Shown: positions 1 through 9,477 of the stretch, piece by piece | Position numbering within the stretch: the stretch's first letter is position 1 | How the letters are laid out: each line of letters opens with the position of its first letter | NCBI GenBank assembly: GCA_050294405.1 | Contig: JBNKOC010000028.1 | Coordinates: 288,001 to 352,000 of the forward strand | DNA: 64,000 nucleotides | Direction of reading: 5' to 3' | From: Fibrobacteria bacterium | GTDB taxonomy: Bacteria > Fibrobacterota > Fibrobacteria > UBA11236 > JADFYW01 | Notes under the pieces: model-generated | The model's input: the letters and a program-made list of their open reading frames with translations, nothing else | Told to the model about the DNA's origin: nothing | Database searches by the model: none | Translations under genes and position numbers: made by a program

Positions 1-1289
1 CCATCCCAACGTACTGCATAGGAGGAATTCTGACGGGGTGAAAACAAGCTGAGCATTCTCAATTTGGAATTGTAATGGAAATCCTCCTCCGGTTTCAACT
101 GTCTCCAACGGCCTCTTTCTTCGGGCTCGGTACGGTTCCCATTAATGTCAAAGGTATAAGCCACCGCTTCTTTAGCGGTGTTGTCATCGGTGTTAGTGTT
201 TTCTTCAAGAATATATACTTCGGGAACCACCCCGGATTTGCCGTTGAAATAACTTTGGCTGCCTACCCCGGATACCCCTGTAGAATCGGCGTATTCGGCC
301 CGGTCTTTGAGTTCAAGAAAAAAGTGTTTGTACAGCGATAAGTTGGTTTCGTCCAAATTGTAAACGGTTTCTTCTTCAGTTACTCCCAAAGTTTGCCTTT
401 CCTGTGAGCCGCCTTCCTGAGAGGCAATGGTGGTAACATGCAAGTCTCCAAACTTCATGCGCACTTTTAAACCAAAAATTCCTTTGTGGTTATCTGTATA
501 GCCTGTAAGTTGGGTGCCCGTTAAAGACAAACTGGTGTTTCCAGCTTCTATTTCCTGGATGATGTTGTCTTCCAGTTCATCCCCTTCTCCACGGTAGGCG
601 ATTTTTAACTGATCTCTGAAGTTTGTGCCAAAGCCTTCTTCGTTAAAAATTTCAATATGTATAAGCCTTCCCACACTTCCTGTTACCGAGAAAGAAGGCT
701 TGTTCTCCATGTTAAAGGTGGGAATCCAGTTATCTCTTGTTCCCCGTGAATCCCGCACGCTTTTACCTGAAACAATTACCTTATAAGAACCGTTGATGTT
801 AAGCTTGGGTTTATCAGCCCCCCAACGCTTTAGCCATTCGGGAACCTTAACAGGAAGTTCCCACTCTAAAAAATTGCCTGAGCCTTCACTGGATTTAACC
901 TCTTGTTGGCCGATGTATTGCTCCAACCAGAATTTATACATAGCTAAATTGCTAAGATCCATGCTATAGCTGCCCAATTCCCGATAATAGGTTTCGTAAA
1001 CCACATTGGAATCGGCCGCCCCGTCTATTTTTACATAGTGGATAACTTCTACTTCCCGTGTGTCGAAGTTGATTCGGTGGTAATTTTTCAAATACTTAGA
1101 ATTGATTTTTAGAATCCCATCGGATTCGTAACCTATTCCACGGGAAGGTAAAAGGCCGTCCATGGGTCTGGAATTTTTTGGGACTTTGAGATAATCTTTG
1201 GGAGTATTTTGAATGGACGAAGTGTTGGTAGTAAAAATCAGCGTGGCAAGGACAAATATCCCTAAGGCCCTTCCAAAGAAAGGGTTCAT
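1..1289 (-). CDS. sprA: T9SS outer-membrane translocon SprA/Sov homologue, 5' portion (runs off the left window edge)
   Basis: Not in the ORF track; translated by hand from ATG at 1289 (MNPFFGRALGIFVLATLIF..., signal-peptide-like). Contains LKIAYRGEGDELEDNIIQEIEAGNTSLSL...GIFGLKVRMKFGDLHVTTIASQE, matching the conserved SprA N-terminal motif (EDDIIQKIEAGN...LFGLK...FG.L.VT.VASQ). Confidence 0.8.
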   Translation of the reverse strand, partial: MNPFFGRALGIFVLATLIFTTNTSSIQNTPKDYLKVPKNSRPMDGLLPSRGIGYESDGILKINSKYLKNYHRINFDTREVEVIHYVKIDGAADSNVVYETYYRELGSYSMDLSNLAMYKFWLEQYIGQQEVKSSEGSGNFLEWELPVKVPEWLKRWGADKPKLNINGSYKVIVSGKSVRDSRGTRDNWIPTFNMENKPSFSVTGSVGRLIHIEIFNEEGFGTNFRDQLKIAYRGEGDELEDNIIQEIEAGNTSLSLTGTQLTGYTDNHKGIFGLKVRMKFGDLHVTTIASQEGGSQERQTLGVTEEETVYNLDETNLSLYKHFFLELKDRAEYADSTGVSGVGSQSYFNGKSGVVPEVYILEENTNTDDNTAKEAVAYTFDINGNRTEPEERGRWRQLKPEEDFHYNSKLRMLSLFSPRQNSSYAVRWD

Positions 1290-1505
1290 CTGGCTAAAAT
1301 ATCCTGGCAAATTTTTACCTAACTATTTTCCTATTGTACCAATGACTGTTTTTGTTCAATTTGAGTAATATTATACGAAATGGCCAAGTCTCAAACTGCA
1401 CTTTCCCCAAAAAAAGTAAAGGCTTCAAAACACTTTGTTGTAGCTGGATTTCTATTTTGTAAGATTTTAAAGCATATTGTGTAGCAGCATGGTAACGAGG
1501 AATTT

Positions 1506-2336
1506 TTGAACGAAAAAGAAAGAAATCACCGCCGGGCTTTCGGCCAAAACTTTTTAATCGACGACTCGGTTATTGCCCAGTTATGTGAAGATGTGCCGGT
1601 GTTAAAGGAAGATGGCATTATTGAAATTGGTCCGGGTCGCGGGGCCCTGAGCTCTTTGCTCATCAAAAGCTGTTATAAATTTATGGCAATAGAAAAAGAC
1701 CCCAAGTGTCTGGAGTTTTTGAAAAGCAAGAGCCTTTTTGAAAAGGCCGAATTTATCGAAGCAGACGCCAGCCGTGTTGATTTAAAATCTGTTTTTACGC
1801 CATTTAAAGGAATTGAAAACATCCATTTGGTGGGAAACTTGCCTTATAATATGACAGGTCCCATCTTAAAACATTTTTTGCCTGTACTGGGAAAGTTTAA
1901 GACTTGCCAGTTCATGGTGCAGTATGAAGTGGCCAAACGCATGGTAGCCGACCCTGGTAGTAAAAACTTTGGTTCCCTTTCAGTTATGGTGCAAAATTAC
2001 TCCAGGGCCAAGTTGTTGCGGAAAGTTCCACCTGATGCCTTTAGGCCTAAGCCCAATGTATTTTCGGCTACAGTTTCTCTCTGGCCGCACCCAAGCCCCA
2101 TAAACGATAGCCCTTTGTTCCCCATATATGTGAAGCAGTCCTTTTCACAAAAAAGAAAAAAGCTAAGCAATTGCCTGGGCCCTTTATTGCCCAAAGCTCA
2201 AATTTTGGAATCTCTTAAAAAACTGGATTTAAGCCCGGATATTAGGGCAGAGCAACTGGGCGTTAAAGAGCACAACCAGCTTTTTCATTTGTTGGTACCA
2301 ACTTTAGAAAAAGTATTTAACAAGGAATCTGATTAA
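1506..2336 (+). CDS. rsmA: 16S rRNA adenine dimethyltransferase KsgA/RsmA
   Basis: FGQNFL, IEIGPGRG, VGNLPYN, FRPKPNVFS, RAEQL motifs; TTG start. Confidence 0.95.
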   Translation: MNEKERNHRRAFGQNFLIDDSVIAQLCEDVPVLKEDGIIEIGPGRGALSSLLIKSCYKFMAIEKDPKCLEFLKSKSLFEKAEFIEADASRVDLKSVFTPFKGIENIHLVGNLPYNMTGPILKHFLPVLGKFKTCQFMVQYEVAKRMVADPGSKNFGSLSVMVQNYSRAKLLRKVPPDAFRPKPNVFSATVSLWPHPSPINDSPLFPIYVKQSFSQKRKKLSNCLGPLLPKAQILESLKKLDLSPDIRAEQLGVKEHNQLFHLLVPTLEKVFNKESD

Positions 2337-2340
2337 GCTG

Positions 2341-2760
2341 TTATGCGGCCATTAATTTTGGCCGGGGGGCATTAACATAGGCGCTGGCCGCTTGATTCTT
2401 TCGAGTAACATCGGCTAATTCACCTCGCAAGGAATCCATTTTAGTGCGCATTTTTTTCATTAAATCGAATTCGGTTTTTCTTAAGGTGGTGAGCAGGTCC
2501 CGAATCATTTTCTTTTTTTCCAATATTAATGCCTGTTCGTTGGCGGGAATGTTCTTGGTGGTTTTAAAAACTTTTAACAAAGCCCCTGCATTTTTGGAAG
2601 CGATGTCGGTTTTCCCCAAAATCCGTTGCCGGGTTTGAAGCCATTTTAAGACTTCACCCTCTTCCTCCGGTTTAATTTTTCCGGTGTAATCCAAAGCAAG
2701 CTGGTAGAGTCCGTATAGAACATCCAGCTCAGCTGCAACTTGTTGGGTAATAGCGTGCAT
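2341..2760 (-). CDS. Helical flagellar export chaperone, FliT/FlgN-like
   Basis: 139 aa helical protein whose start overlaps the fliS stop; occupies the fliT position in fliD-fliS-fliT; C-terminal 'A.AY' as in FlgN/FliT-like chaperones. Confidence 0.5.
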   Translation of the reverse strand: MHAITQQVAAELDVLYGLYQLALDYTGKIKPEEEGEVLKWLQTRQRILGKTDIASKNAGALLKVFKTTKNIPANEQALILEKKKMIRDLLTTLRKTEFDLMKKMRTKMDSLRGELADVTRKNQAASAYVNAPRPKLMAA

Positions 2761-3191
2761 TAACCCACCATTTTAATTTGGTTATTTGGAATTTCATTAA
2801 ATTTTTGACGGTCTTCCTTGCGAACCATGTCGATAGCCTGAACCCAGGCTTCTCTTAGTTCTCTCATCATGGTTTCCACTTCGGCAACGGGTCCTGCATC
2901 TGATTTTTGAATTGCTTGGGATAGGTGTCGGTTGTAAAAGTTGTAAAGTCCGAAAAGGTTTTTGGAAATTTCCCCGCCTTTTTCCATATCCAATGCACAG
3001 GTAAGTTCTGTTATTCCATCCTGTACTTTAAAAATAGCCTTAGTGGACTCCGCTGTTTTTTTGGCTTCCATGGCTTCTTTGGCCAATTTACACCATTTTA
3101 AACAGTGATCGTAAATCATCACAATTAGCTTACCCCTATCGGCTGTCGATATATTGGCAGTCTGATAGGATTGATATCTCTGATCTTTCAT
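2760..3191 (-). CDS. fliS: Flagellin chaperone FliS
   Basis: YQ...TA...LIVMIYD...K.QD.I.EL...LDMEKGGEISKNLFGLY...ELREAW motifs. Confidence 0.95.
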   Translation of the reverse strand: MKDQRYQSYQTANISTADRGKLIVMIYDHCLKWCKLAKEAMEAKKTAESTKAIFKVQDGITELTCALDMEKGGEISKNLFGLYNFYNRHLSQAIQKSDAGPVAEVETMMRELREAWVQAIDMVRKEDRQKFNEIPNNQIKMVG

Positions 3192-3210
3192 AGCGCGATG
3201 CTCCCTGTTA

Positions 3211-5283
3211 TTAACCTAACGCACCCATTTGCGCCTGGAAGGAGGCGCTTTGGGATTGGAGCCGGGACATGGCATTTTCCAAATCCGCAAACTGACGGAT
3301 CATCCTGGCTCTAAAATTATCTGCTGCATCAGACAGCTTTTCTACTCTCTCCCTGTAATTGTCTATTTGCCGTTCAATCGAAGTTTTTGTGGTTTTGAAA
3401 TAGCCATCAATGCCGTCGTTGGCATTTTTCCAGTATTGCTGGATTTTTCCACCGATACCCCGAATGAATGTAAAACTACCTGTGCCAGATCCAGCTTCCG
3501 CTTCAACGGCAAGGCCTTTGGAATCGCCGGTTTGGCCTGTTAAAACGACGCCAAGTCGACTGGCACTTTGCATGGAGTTCCCAGCTGTCGTGGGGTCGGA
3601 GTCCATCAAGTTGTTATCGGCGTCTATCTGGTAAGTGCCGGTATTGCTGTATTTGTCGTACCTACCCATCTTGTGTTGGGGGTTGTCCGAATAACCGTGC
3701 ACCACAAATAAATTGCGAACACCTTCAAAATCTGTATTCAAAGCTTTTTTGAATTTTTCTTCATCAATGGAAAGGGTTCCATCGGTTGTGGAAGAAGTAA
3801 TTCCAATAGTGGCCAGGCTGGTATATTTGGATTTAGCGGCCAATTCATTAATGGGCTCAGTAACCAAAGCTCTTAATTCACTTTTAAGTCTTAATATGGT
3901 GGAGTCCGAAGAAAAAGGCCCTTTTTTACCAACAGTTTCCTTAGCATTTGGGTCATCTTCATTTTCTTTGATTTCCACTTTTGATTTTTCATCTAAAAAT
4001 TTGATAACAGCATTGTAGGCGTCTAAAAAACCCTGGATTTTTTCCTGAATTTTGGTGTCGTCCCGTTCCAGGCTAACTTCAATAACTTCGCCCAAACTTG
4101 CTTTATGTAATTCAAAGCTGGTGCCAGTCACAATGCTGTCCGCTTTGTTGGAATCGGAGGATACGGAAAGGCCATCAACACGGAAAAAGGCTTTTTTACC
4201 TTCACTCAATATATTGTTAAAGTAGTTTTGCGCATTTCCCTGTCCGCCAATTGGAGTTAGCTGCATGGTGGAGCCTGAAGCGTTGGCATCATTAAAAGAA
4301 AGGTCCATGGTCATTTCCTGGACCCCGCCACTCAAATCATTAATTACAATTTCACCCGAAGAATTAAGGGATACGTTTACAGTGGCCCCTGCGCTTTGGT
4401 ACACATTTTGAACTTCATCTAATAAATCCTGAATAGTGGAGGCAGCTCCTAAAGTAAAGGTACCAGCTACCGCATTTCCATTGGCATCAGTTCCAGAAAT
4501 GTTGATTTCATCTCCGGCATCTACAGCTGCATTTACCCCAAGACCTGTGTAGAGATCAGAAAAGAGAGTGGCAGTATCAGCAGCCCCAATAGTATTTAAG
4601 CGAAAATTAAAATCAGAACGAAGGCTTTGCTGGTAATTTAAAATGTCAAATCCACCGGCATCTAAAATATTGGCGCCCCCGGTATCCTGGAGGAAAAAAC
4701 CATCCGTTCCTTCATCAACCGCGCTTAAAACCAGTCTGTAATCGTTCTCCCCCAAACTAATGATTGAGGCGCGTACACCGGCCCCTTCCAGGGAGTTAAT
4801 TTGGTTGGCCACATCTTTTAAAGTATCTCCGGCGTTTACCAAAACTTCAACTGTGGTTTCGGTAGGGTCATCTTCGATGGCCGCTTTGGATTTGCTGATT
4901 TCAAAGCTTCCGCTAAAACCAAAGGCAGAGACGGTTGAGTTAAAAGCTCTTGAAGTGACTTTTAAAGAACTGGCCAAACTTTCTACTTCAACCTGATAGG
5001 TACCGGGAATGGCGTCTTCATCCCCTTCCACGGTCACAATATCTTCGTCGGAAGAACTGGCAGCGTATAGATTAAAAGCGTCCAAACTGGCTAATTTTTC
5101 GCCAATTCCTGAAAATTCAGCTACTTTGCCCTGTAGCTGATTAAAGGCCTCTAATTTATCCTCTACAACTTGTTGTTTGGCTTCTTCGCGGCGAACCTTC
5201 ACCATTTCCAGGTCGGTTAGACCCTCAATAATGGCGTTGGTGTCTAGTCCTGATGCGAGTCCGCCTACAGATAGAGATTCCAT
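3211..5283 (-). CDS. fliD: Flagellar filament cap protein FliD
   Basis: N-terminal GGLASGLDTNAII, central FLDAYN and LATIGI, C-terminal QFADLENAMSRLQSQ. Confidence 0.95.
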   Translation of the reverse strand: MESLSVGGLASGLDTNAIIEGLTDLEMVKVRREEAKQQVVEDKLEAFNQLQGKVAEFSGIGEKLASLDAFNLYAASSSDEDIVTVEGDEDAIPGTYQVEVESLASSLKVTSRAFNSTVSAFGFSGSFEISKSKAAIEDDPTETTVEVLVNAGDTLKDVANQINSLEGAGVRASIISLGENDYRLVLSAVDEGTDGFFLQDTGGANILDAGGFDILNYQQSLRSDFNFRLNTIGAADTATLFSDLYTGLGVNAAVDAGDEINISGTDANGNAVAGTFTLGAASTIQDLLDEVQNVYQSAGATVNVSLNSSGEIVINDLSGGVQEMTMDLSFNDANASGSTMQLTPIGGQGNAQNYFNNILSEGKKAFFRVDGLSVSSDSNKADSIVTGTSFELHKASLGEVIEVSLERDDTKIQEKIQGFLDAYNAVIKFLDEKSKVEIKENEDDPNAKETVGKKGPFSSDSTILRLKSELRALVTEPINELAAKSKYTSLATIGITSSTTDGTLSIDEEKFKKALNTDFEGVRNLFVVHGYSDNPQHKMGRYDKYSNTGTYQIDADNNLMDSDPTTAGNSMQSASRLGVVLTGQTGDSKGLAVEAEAGSGTGSFTFIRGIGGKIQQYWKNANDGIDGYFKTTKTSIERQIDNYRERVEKLSDAADNFRARMIRQFADLENAMSRLQSQSASFQAQMGALG

Positions 5284-5321
5284 AATAACCTTTTTAATTC
5301 ACCTTAAGCTGTACTCTTCTT

Positions 5322-5348
5322 ATATCGACCTAATCTTAAAAAGCCTTA
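5322..5348 (-). promoter_or_regulatory. sigma28 (FliA) promoter of the fliD operon
   Basis: Minus strand reads TAAG-N15-GTCGATAT, close to consensus TAAA-N15-GCCGATAA, about 40 nt upstream of the fliD start. Confidence 0.8.
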
Positions 5349-5381
5349 ACAGTTTTTATCTCTTATATGGAAAATAAGGTT

Positions 5382-5529
5382 GTCACAATAATTGACGTCA
5401 GATTTTCTTCGGTTTAAGTGTTTTTTAATGGCTTTGGTTTTAAGAAATGCCTTTGAAAGAAAGATGAATCAACATGTCATTACACATGACTCAATACGTC
5501 AAAATAAATGACTGTCAAAAAATAGCGAC
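5382..5529. promoter_or_regulatory. Cluster of GTCA-N7-TGAC palindromes (putative enhancer-binding-protein sites)
   Basis: GTCA-CAATAAT-TGAC 5382-5396, GTCA-TTACACA-TGAC 5476-5490, GTCA-AAATAAA-TGAC 5498-5512, degenerate GTCA-N8-CGAC 5514-5529. Confidence 0.65.
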
Positions 5530-5699
5530 AAGGGATTTTGCAAAAAAACCGAAATTTGGATATTTATTCAATTCTAAAAAAATTCAGACTATAGATTAAT
5601 TAAAATTTTTTAGCGAATGGCTTATCTTGTTAATTGTTAGGCATTTATGAAGTTTTTAGAGCTGGAAAAAAGCCTTGACATTGTAAATTTTTCTTGATC

Positions 5700-5715
5700 T
5701 GGTCTGAGATTTGCT
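5700..5715 (+). promoter_or_regulatory. Putative sigma54 (-24/-12) promoter of the sigma70-family gene
   Basis: TGGTCTGAGATTTGCT has exact GG-N10-GC spacing with TGG...TTGCT, 65 nt upstream of the ATG at 5780. Confidence 0.6.
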
Positions 5716-5779
5716 TTTCTGGGGGCATGGATTTGCAATTCATTAAAAGCACAGCCACTCAACCAAAAAAAAGGATTTT

Positions 5780-6595
5780 ATGAAGCTTATTACCTCTGAT
5801 GAGTCATTAAAATTATACCTGGAAGATATTCGAAAAACCGCTCCTATGAATCGGCAAGAGGAACACCAGTTGTTCACATTATGCCGAAAAGGGAATAAAA
5901 CAGCCAAACAGCGGTTAATCGAAGCTAATATGAGATTTGTATTAAAGGTGTCCCTCCAATACAGGGGCTGCCCCATTCCCCTTCCCGATTTAGTTAGCGA
6001 AGGAGCCATGGGTTTAATCAGAGCCATCGAAAGTTTTGATCACACCCGAGGTCTGAAATTTATATCCTACGCCGTTTGGTGGATAAAAGCCTATATCACC
6101 CGGGCCATTAACGAACAGGGATCTCTCATTCGCTTGCCAGCCAACCAGCATCTTAAAATCCGAAAAGCTTTAAAAGACAAAAATAAAGTGGCTCTTTCAG
6201 ACGATATCAAAGAGTTGATCAATTTGGGCGAACGGGGAATTTCCTTTGACGCAGCCTTAAAGCCCGACTCCAATGCCACCTATGGCGAAGTCTTGGCCGA
6301 TGAAAAAGCTCCCAACCCCGAATCTGAAACAGAGCTTCATTCCATTTGCACTTTGGCAAAAGAATTAATGTCTCAGTTACCCGAACGAGAAGCACAGGTT
6401 TTGAAAGGCCTTTATGGAATAAATCACGAAGCCCCTCAAACTTTGCGGGAAATCGGCGAAGCCATGAATGTCAGTCACGAAAGAGTACGTCAGCTTAGAG
6501 ATCAGGCTTTCAAACGCATTCGTCGCGGCCGCAATAGACAAGCCCTTCGGGAAAAATACCGAGGCTATATCGATGCCATTGCAAAAGTAGCCTAG
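5780..6595 (+). CDS. RpoD/RpoS-family sigma70 factor (short, no region 1.1)
   Basis: LKLYLEDI (1.2), ANMRFV, DLVSEGAMGL, FDHTRGLKFISYAVWWI (2), TLREIGEAMNVSHERVRQ (4.2). Confidence 0.92.
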   Translation: MKLITSDESLKLYLEDIRKTAPMNRQEEHQLFTLCRKGNKTAKQRLIEANMRFVLKVSLQYRGCPIPLPDLVSEGAMGLIRAIESFDHTRGLKFISYAVWWIKAYITRAINEQGSLIRLPANQHLKIRKALKDKNKVALSDDIKELINLGERGISFDAALKPDSNATYGEVLADEKAPNPESETELHSICTLAKELMSQLPEREAQVLKGLYGINHEAPQTLREIGEAMNVSHERVRQLRDQAFKRIRRGRNRQALREKYRGYIDAIAKVA

Positions 6596-6609
6596 GTTAT
6601 CCTTCAATC

Positions 6610-6644
6610 AAAAAAAGCGCGGAGAATATCTCCGCGCTTTTTTT
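6610..6644. terminator. Bidirectional intrinsic terminator
   Basis: A7-GCGCGGAGA-ATA-TCTCCGCGC-T7 between convergent genes. Confidence 0.9.
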
Positions 6645-6699
6645 GTTTTTAGTCCTTAAATAGATGAAAACTCGCAATTCCCAATTTTTAAAGTTTTCC

Positions 6700-7692
6700 C
6701 TAAGCCAATTGGGCTTTATAGCTATGAATACTTTCCCAACCAGATTCAGGAATGCTGGCTCCCATAACCTGGACCACTTCGCTTGCAACTTTAGCGCCCA
6801 GGTTGGCGGCATTGGCTATGTTCATGTCTTGAGTAAGGCCGTACAAAAATCCAGCGGCCCATAAATCCCCAGCTCCTGTGGTATCCAGGGCTTTTACTTT
6901 ATTGGCTTCGGTAACATGGGTTTTTCCATTGTGAGAAATCAGGGCGCCTCGGGCTCCCAATTTGACTACCGCAATTTCGGCCAAATCTTTTAGCTGTGTT
7001 AAAGCCTCTTCTTCCTCTTTTCCGGTAAAAGCTTTGGCCTCATCTTCATTGGCAATTAAAATGTCCACATGCTCGGGAATAATCTGATTTACATAATCGC
7101 GAGTGGCGTTAACCACTTCAAAAGAGGCCAGGTCAAGACTGAGTTTGGCTTTGGAATTGCGTTTAATATCCAGAATTTTTTCAACTACAGGTTGGTTAAA
7201 TAAAAGGTAACCCTCTAAATGAATAATCCCTGCCTTGGCAAAATCTTCTTCCACTATATCATCAGCAGATAACATGGCTGCAGCACCTAAAAAGGTAAAC
7301 ATAGTGCGCTGGGCATCAGGTGTAACTACAGACAAAACTCTGCCTGTGGATGTATCAGAATTTGCAAGACTGGTTTTAACCCCTGACGCATCCATTCCTT
7401 TTTTAAATATTTCAAAGAAAGAATCTTCCCCGCAGCGTCCCACCATATGGGCTTTTCCACCAAGTTTACTTACTCCAACCAAGGTATTGCAGGCTGAACC
7501 TCCGGGAACCACTTTGGCCTGGTTAGAAGAGTTGGAAAGGCTGGATTCAATATGCTCTTTTTCTACCAGAGTCATTCCTCCTTTTTCGGAACCCATTTGT
7601 TTTAAAAAATCATCAGATTCCTCTAATATTAAATCCACTAAAGCAGCGCCGGCTCCAACCACTAAATCTGAAGATAAGTTGTATTGACTCAT
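6700..7692 (-). CDS. PfkB-family carbohydrate/adenosine kinase
   Basis: PGGSACNT, QRTMFTFLGAA, ANEDEA, DTTGAGDLWAAGF. Confidence 0.9.
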   Translation of the reverse strand: MSQYNLSSDLVVGAGAALVDLILEESDDFLKQMGSEKGGMTLVEKEHIESSLSNSSNQAKVVPGGSACNTLVGVSKLGGKAHMVGRCGEDSFFEIFKKGMDASGVKTSLANSDTSTGRVLSVVTPDAQRTMFTFLGAAAMLSADDIVEEDFAKAGIIHLEGYLLFNQPVVEKILDIKRNSKAKLSLDLASFEVVNATRDYVNQIIPEHVDILIANEDEAKAFTGKEEEEALTQLKDLAEIAVVKLGARGALISHNGKTHVTEANKVKALDTTGAGDLWAAGFLYGLTQDMNIANAANLGAKVASEVVQVMGASIPESGWESIHSYKAQLA

Positions 7693-7783
7693 TTTATATA
7701 CTCCTGAAAACTATCCAAATCCCTGTTCAAAAACTCTTAAAATTGGGTTTTATAAACTGTAAAAAATACTACTCTTAAAACAA

Positions 7784-8188
7784 ATGGAACAAAGCCATTT
7801 ATTTAAAAAACTCATTGTTACCGAAGACGATAAAGTCCTCCAGCGCTTTTATTCTCAGGCATTGGCAGACCTATGCCAGGAACTAAACGTTGTGGAAAGC
7901 CCTCAAAAAGCAGTGGAAGCCATGCACAATGGAGCCTGTGATTTTTTAATTACCGATTTGAAATTAAATGAAACAAATGGTCTTGAAGTGGTGGAAAAAG
8001 CGATTTCAAAAAATGCTAACATTAAAATTTTGGTGGCTTCGGGCTATGTTACCGATCAGGAATACCACGATAAAATGCAAAACATTCCTCAAATAAAAGG
8101 CTATTTGCAAAAGCCTTTTACCTTGGAAGAGCTTATTCAAAAAATAAAATCTATTGCTGGCGTTTCCGATAATTCTCAATATCAATAA
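7784..8188 (+). CDS. Single-domain response regulator (receiver)
   Basis: Acidic EDD, phospho-acceptor in ITDLKL, NGLE, SGY, LQKPF; no output domain. Confidence 0.85.
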   Translation: MEQSHLFKKLIVTEDDKVLQRFYSQALADLCQELNVVESPQKAVEAMHNGACDFLITDLKLNETNGLEVVEKAISKNANIKILVASGYVTDQEYHDKMQNIPQIKGYLQKPFTLEELIQKIKSIAGVSDNSQYQ

Positions 8189-8987
8189 TATTATCGCGAT
8201 TCTTTTTTTTGTTTTTGCTGGCCTTTTCCAAAATTTTCTTTTCTTGCTTGGTTAGGGATTCCATACCTTGTTTGGAAATTTTTTCCAAAATGGGATCAAT
8301 ATCCACCTCCATGTCCACGTCTTTGCTTTTCCATTTTTCAGTGGGCATTTTAAACCCCTGAAATTTTTTCTCGCCCAAGAAGCCGAAAAAATTACCAGAT
8401 TGGAAAAAACGAAAATACAAAAAGCCGTATAAGGCCCCTCCCAAATGGGTGATGTGAGCTGTGTAAGTGTCGCGGTTTAGGAATAACAAATCTATACCAA
8501 TTAAAAAGGCTACCAGCCATTTTGCCTTAACGGGAAATAAGCCCCAAATTAAAAGCTCCCGATTGGGGTAGTACATGGCATAGACCACTAACACCGCAAA
8601 AATAGCTCCGCTGGCTCCAACCACGTGGGAATAGCGGGACAGAGCCAGGCTGTATAATACCGTGCATACCCCTGCGAAAAAGCCTGCGCTTAAATACAGG
8701 TTTAAGAATTTTTTCTCGCCAATTTCCGAAATCATGGTGAGCCCAAATATCCACAACATGAGCATGTTAAATAATATGTGGAATACCCCATTAATATCGT
8801 GCAGGAACATGTAGCTGAATATCCGCCATAGTTCAAAACTATGAGTGGCGGTGAAGGTGTTTAAGCCAAAATAGTGGGATAAATAATGTCCGTTGCTAAG
8901 TACATCCAGCACAAAAACAGCAACATTAATGATTAATAAAACTTTAAGGATTTTTGGGGTTGTGGGTGGAGTGGAACCAAAAATCAT
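8151..8987 (-). CDS. Rhomboid intramembrane serine protease with C-terminal DUF6576-like tail
   Basis: WR.FSYMFLH, HILFNM, GASGA, AHITHLGG; tail IDPILEKISKQGMESLT. ATG at 8987, just after the coaD stop, is preferred over the track start at 9074, which overlaps coaD. Confidence 0.9.
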   Translation of the reverse strand: MIFGSTPPTTPKILKVLLIINVAVFVLDVLSNGHYLSHYFGLNTFTATHSFELWRIFSYMFLHDINGVFHILFNMLMLWIFGLTMISEIGEKKFLNLYLSAGFFAGVCTVLYSLALSRYSHVVGASGAIFAVLVVYAMYYPNRELLIWGLFPVKAKWLVAFLIGIDLLFLNRDTYTAHITHLGGALYGFLYFRFFQSGNFFGFLGEKKFQGFKMPTEKWKSKDVDMEVDIDPILEKISKQGMESLTKQEKKILEKASKNKKKNRDNIIDIENYRKRQQ

Positions 8988-8991
8988 AAGA

Positions 8992-9474
8992 TTACTTTTG
9001 AGGAAATTTTTGCTGTAAATATTTTTCAACGCTAGCTGGAACAAACTCAGAAACAGGGCCGCCCATTTCCGCAATTTCCCGTACGATGCTGCTATTGAGG
9101 TAGGTAAAAGTGTCTTTTGGCATTAGATATACGGTTTCGCAATTGGGATTTAATTTTTTGTTCATAAGCGCCATTTGAAATTCGTATTCAAAATCACTTA
9201 CGGCGCGAAGACCTCTGATAATCACTTTAGCTTTATGTTGGGATAAATAATCCACAGTAAGCCCTTCAAAAATAGAAACACTTACATTGGCCCAATCCTT
9301 AACACATTCTTCTATCATGGATTTGCGCTCTTCGGCGGTAAACAAAGTGTTTTTTTTGATATTATGCCCTACAATCACGTCCACTGTTTCAAAAAGTTGA
9401 GAAGATCGTTGAATCACATCTAAGTGCCCTTTGGTGATGGGGTCAAATGTGCCTGGATAAATTGCTTTTGCCAT
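8992..9474 (-). CDS. coaD: Phosphopantetheine adenylyltransferase
   Basis: AIYPGTFDPITKGH, RGLRAVSDFEYE, SSIVREIA. Confidence 0.97.
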   Translation of the reverse strand: MAKAIYPGTFDPITKGHLDVIQRSSQLFETVDVIVGHNIKKNTLFTAEERKSMIEECVKDWANVSVSIFEGLTVDYLSQHKAKVIIRGLRAVSDFEYEFQMALMNKKLNPNCETVYLMPKDTFTYLNSSIVREIAEMGGPVSEFVPASVEKYLQQKFPQK

Positions 9475-9477
9475 GGT

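Noticed and set aside
75..341. 88-aa plus-strand ORF in the track
   Set aside because: Antisense shadow of the minus-strand sprA frame.
5675..5736. TTGACA at 5675-5680 as a sigma70 -35, and a second GG-N10-GC at 5723-5736
   Set aside because: No credible -10 at 16-18 nt from TTGACA; the second sigma54-like element lacks the leading T and fits less well than 5700-5715.
8151..8188. 38-nt 3' overlap of the response regulator and rhomboid genes as antisense regulation
   Set aside because: Short convergent overlaps are common and nothing else supports a function.
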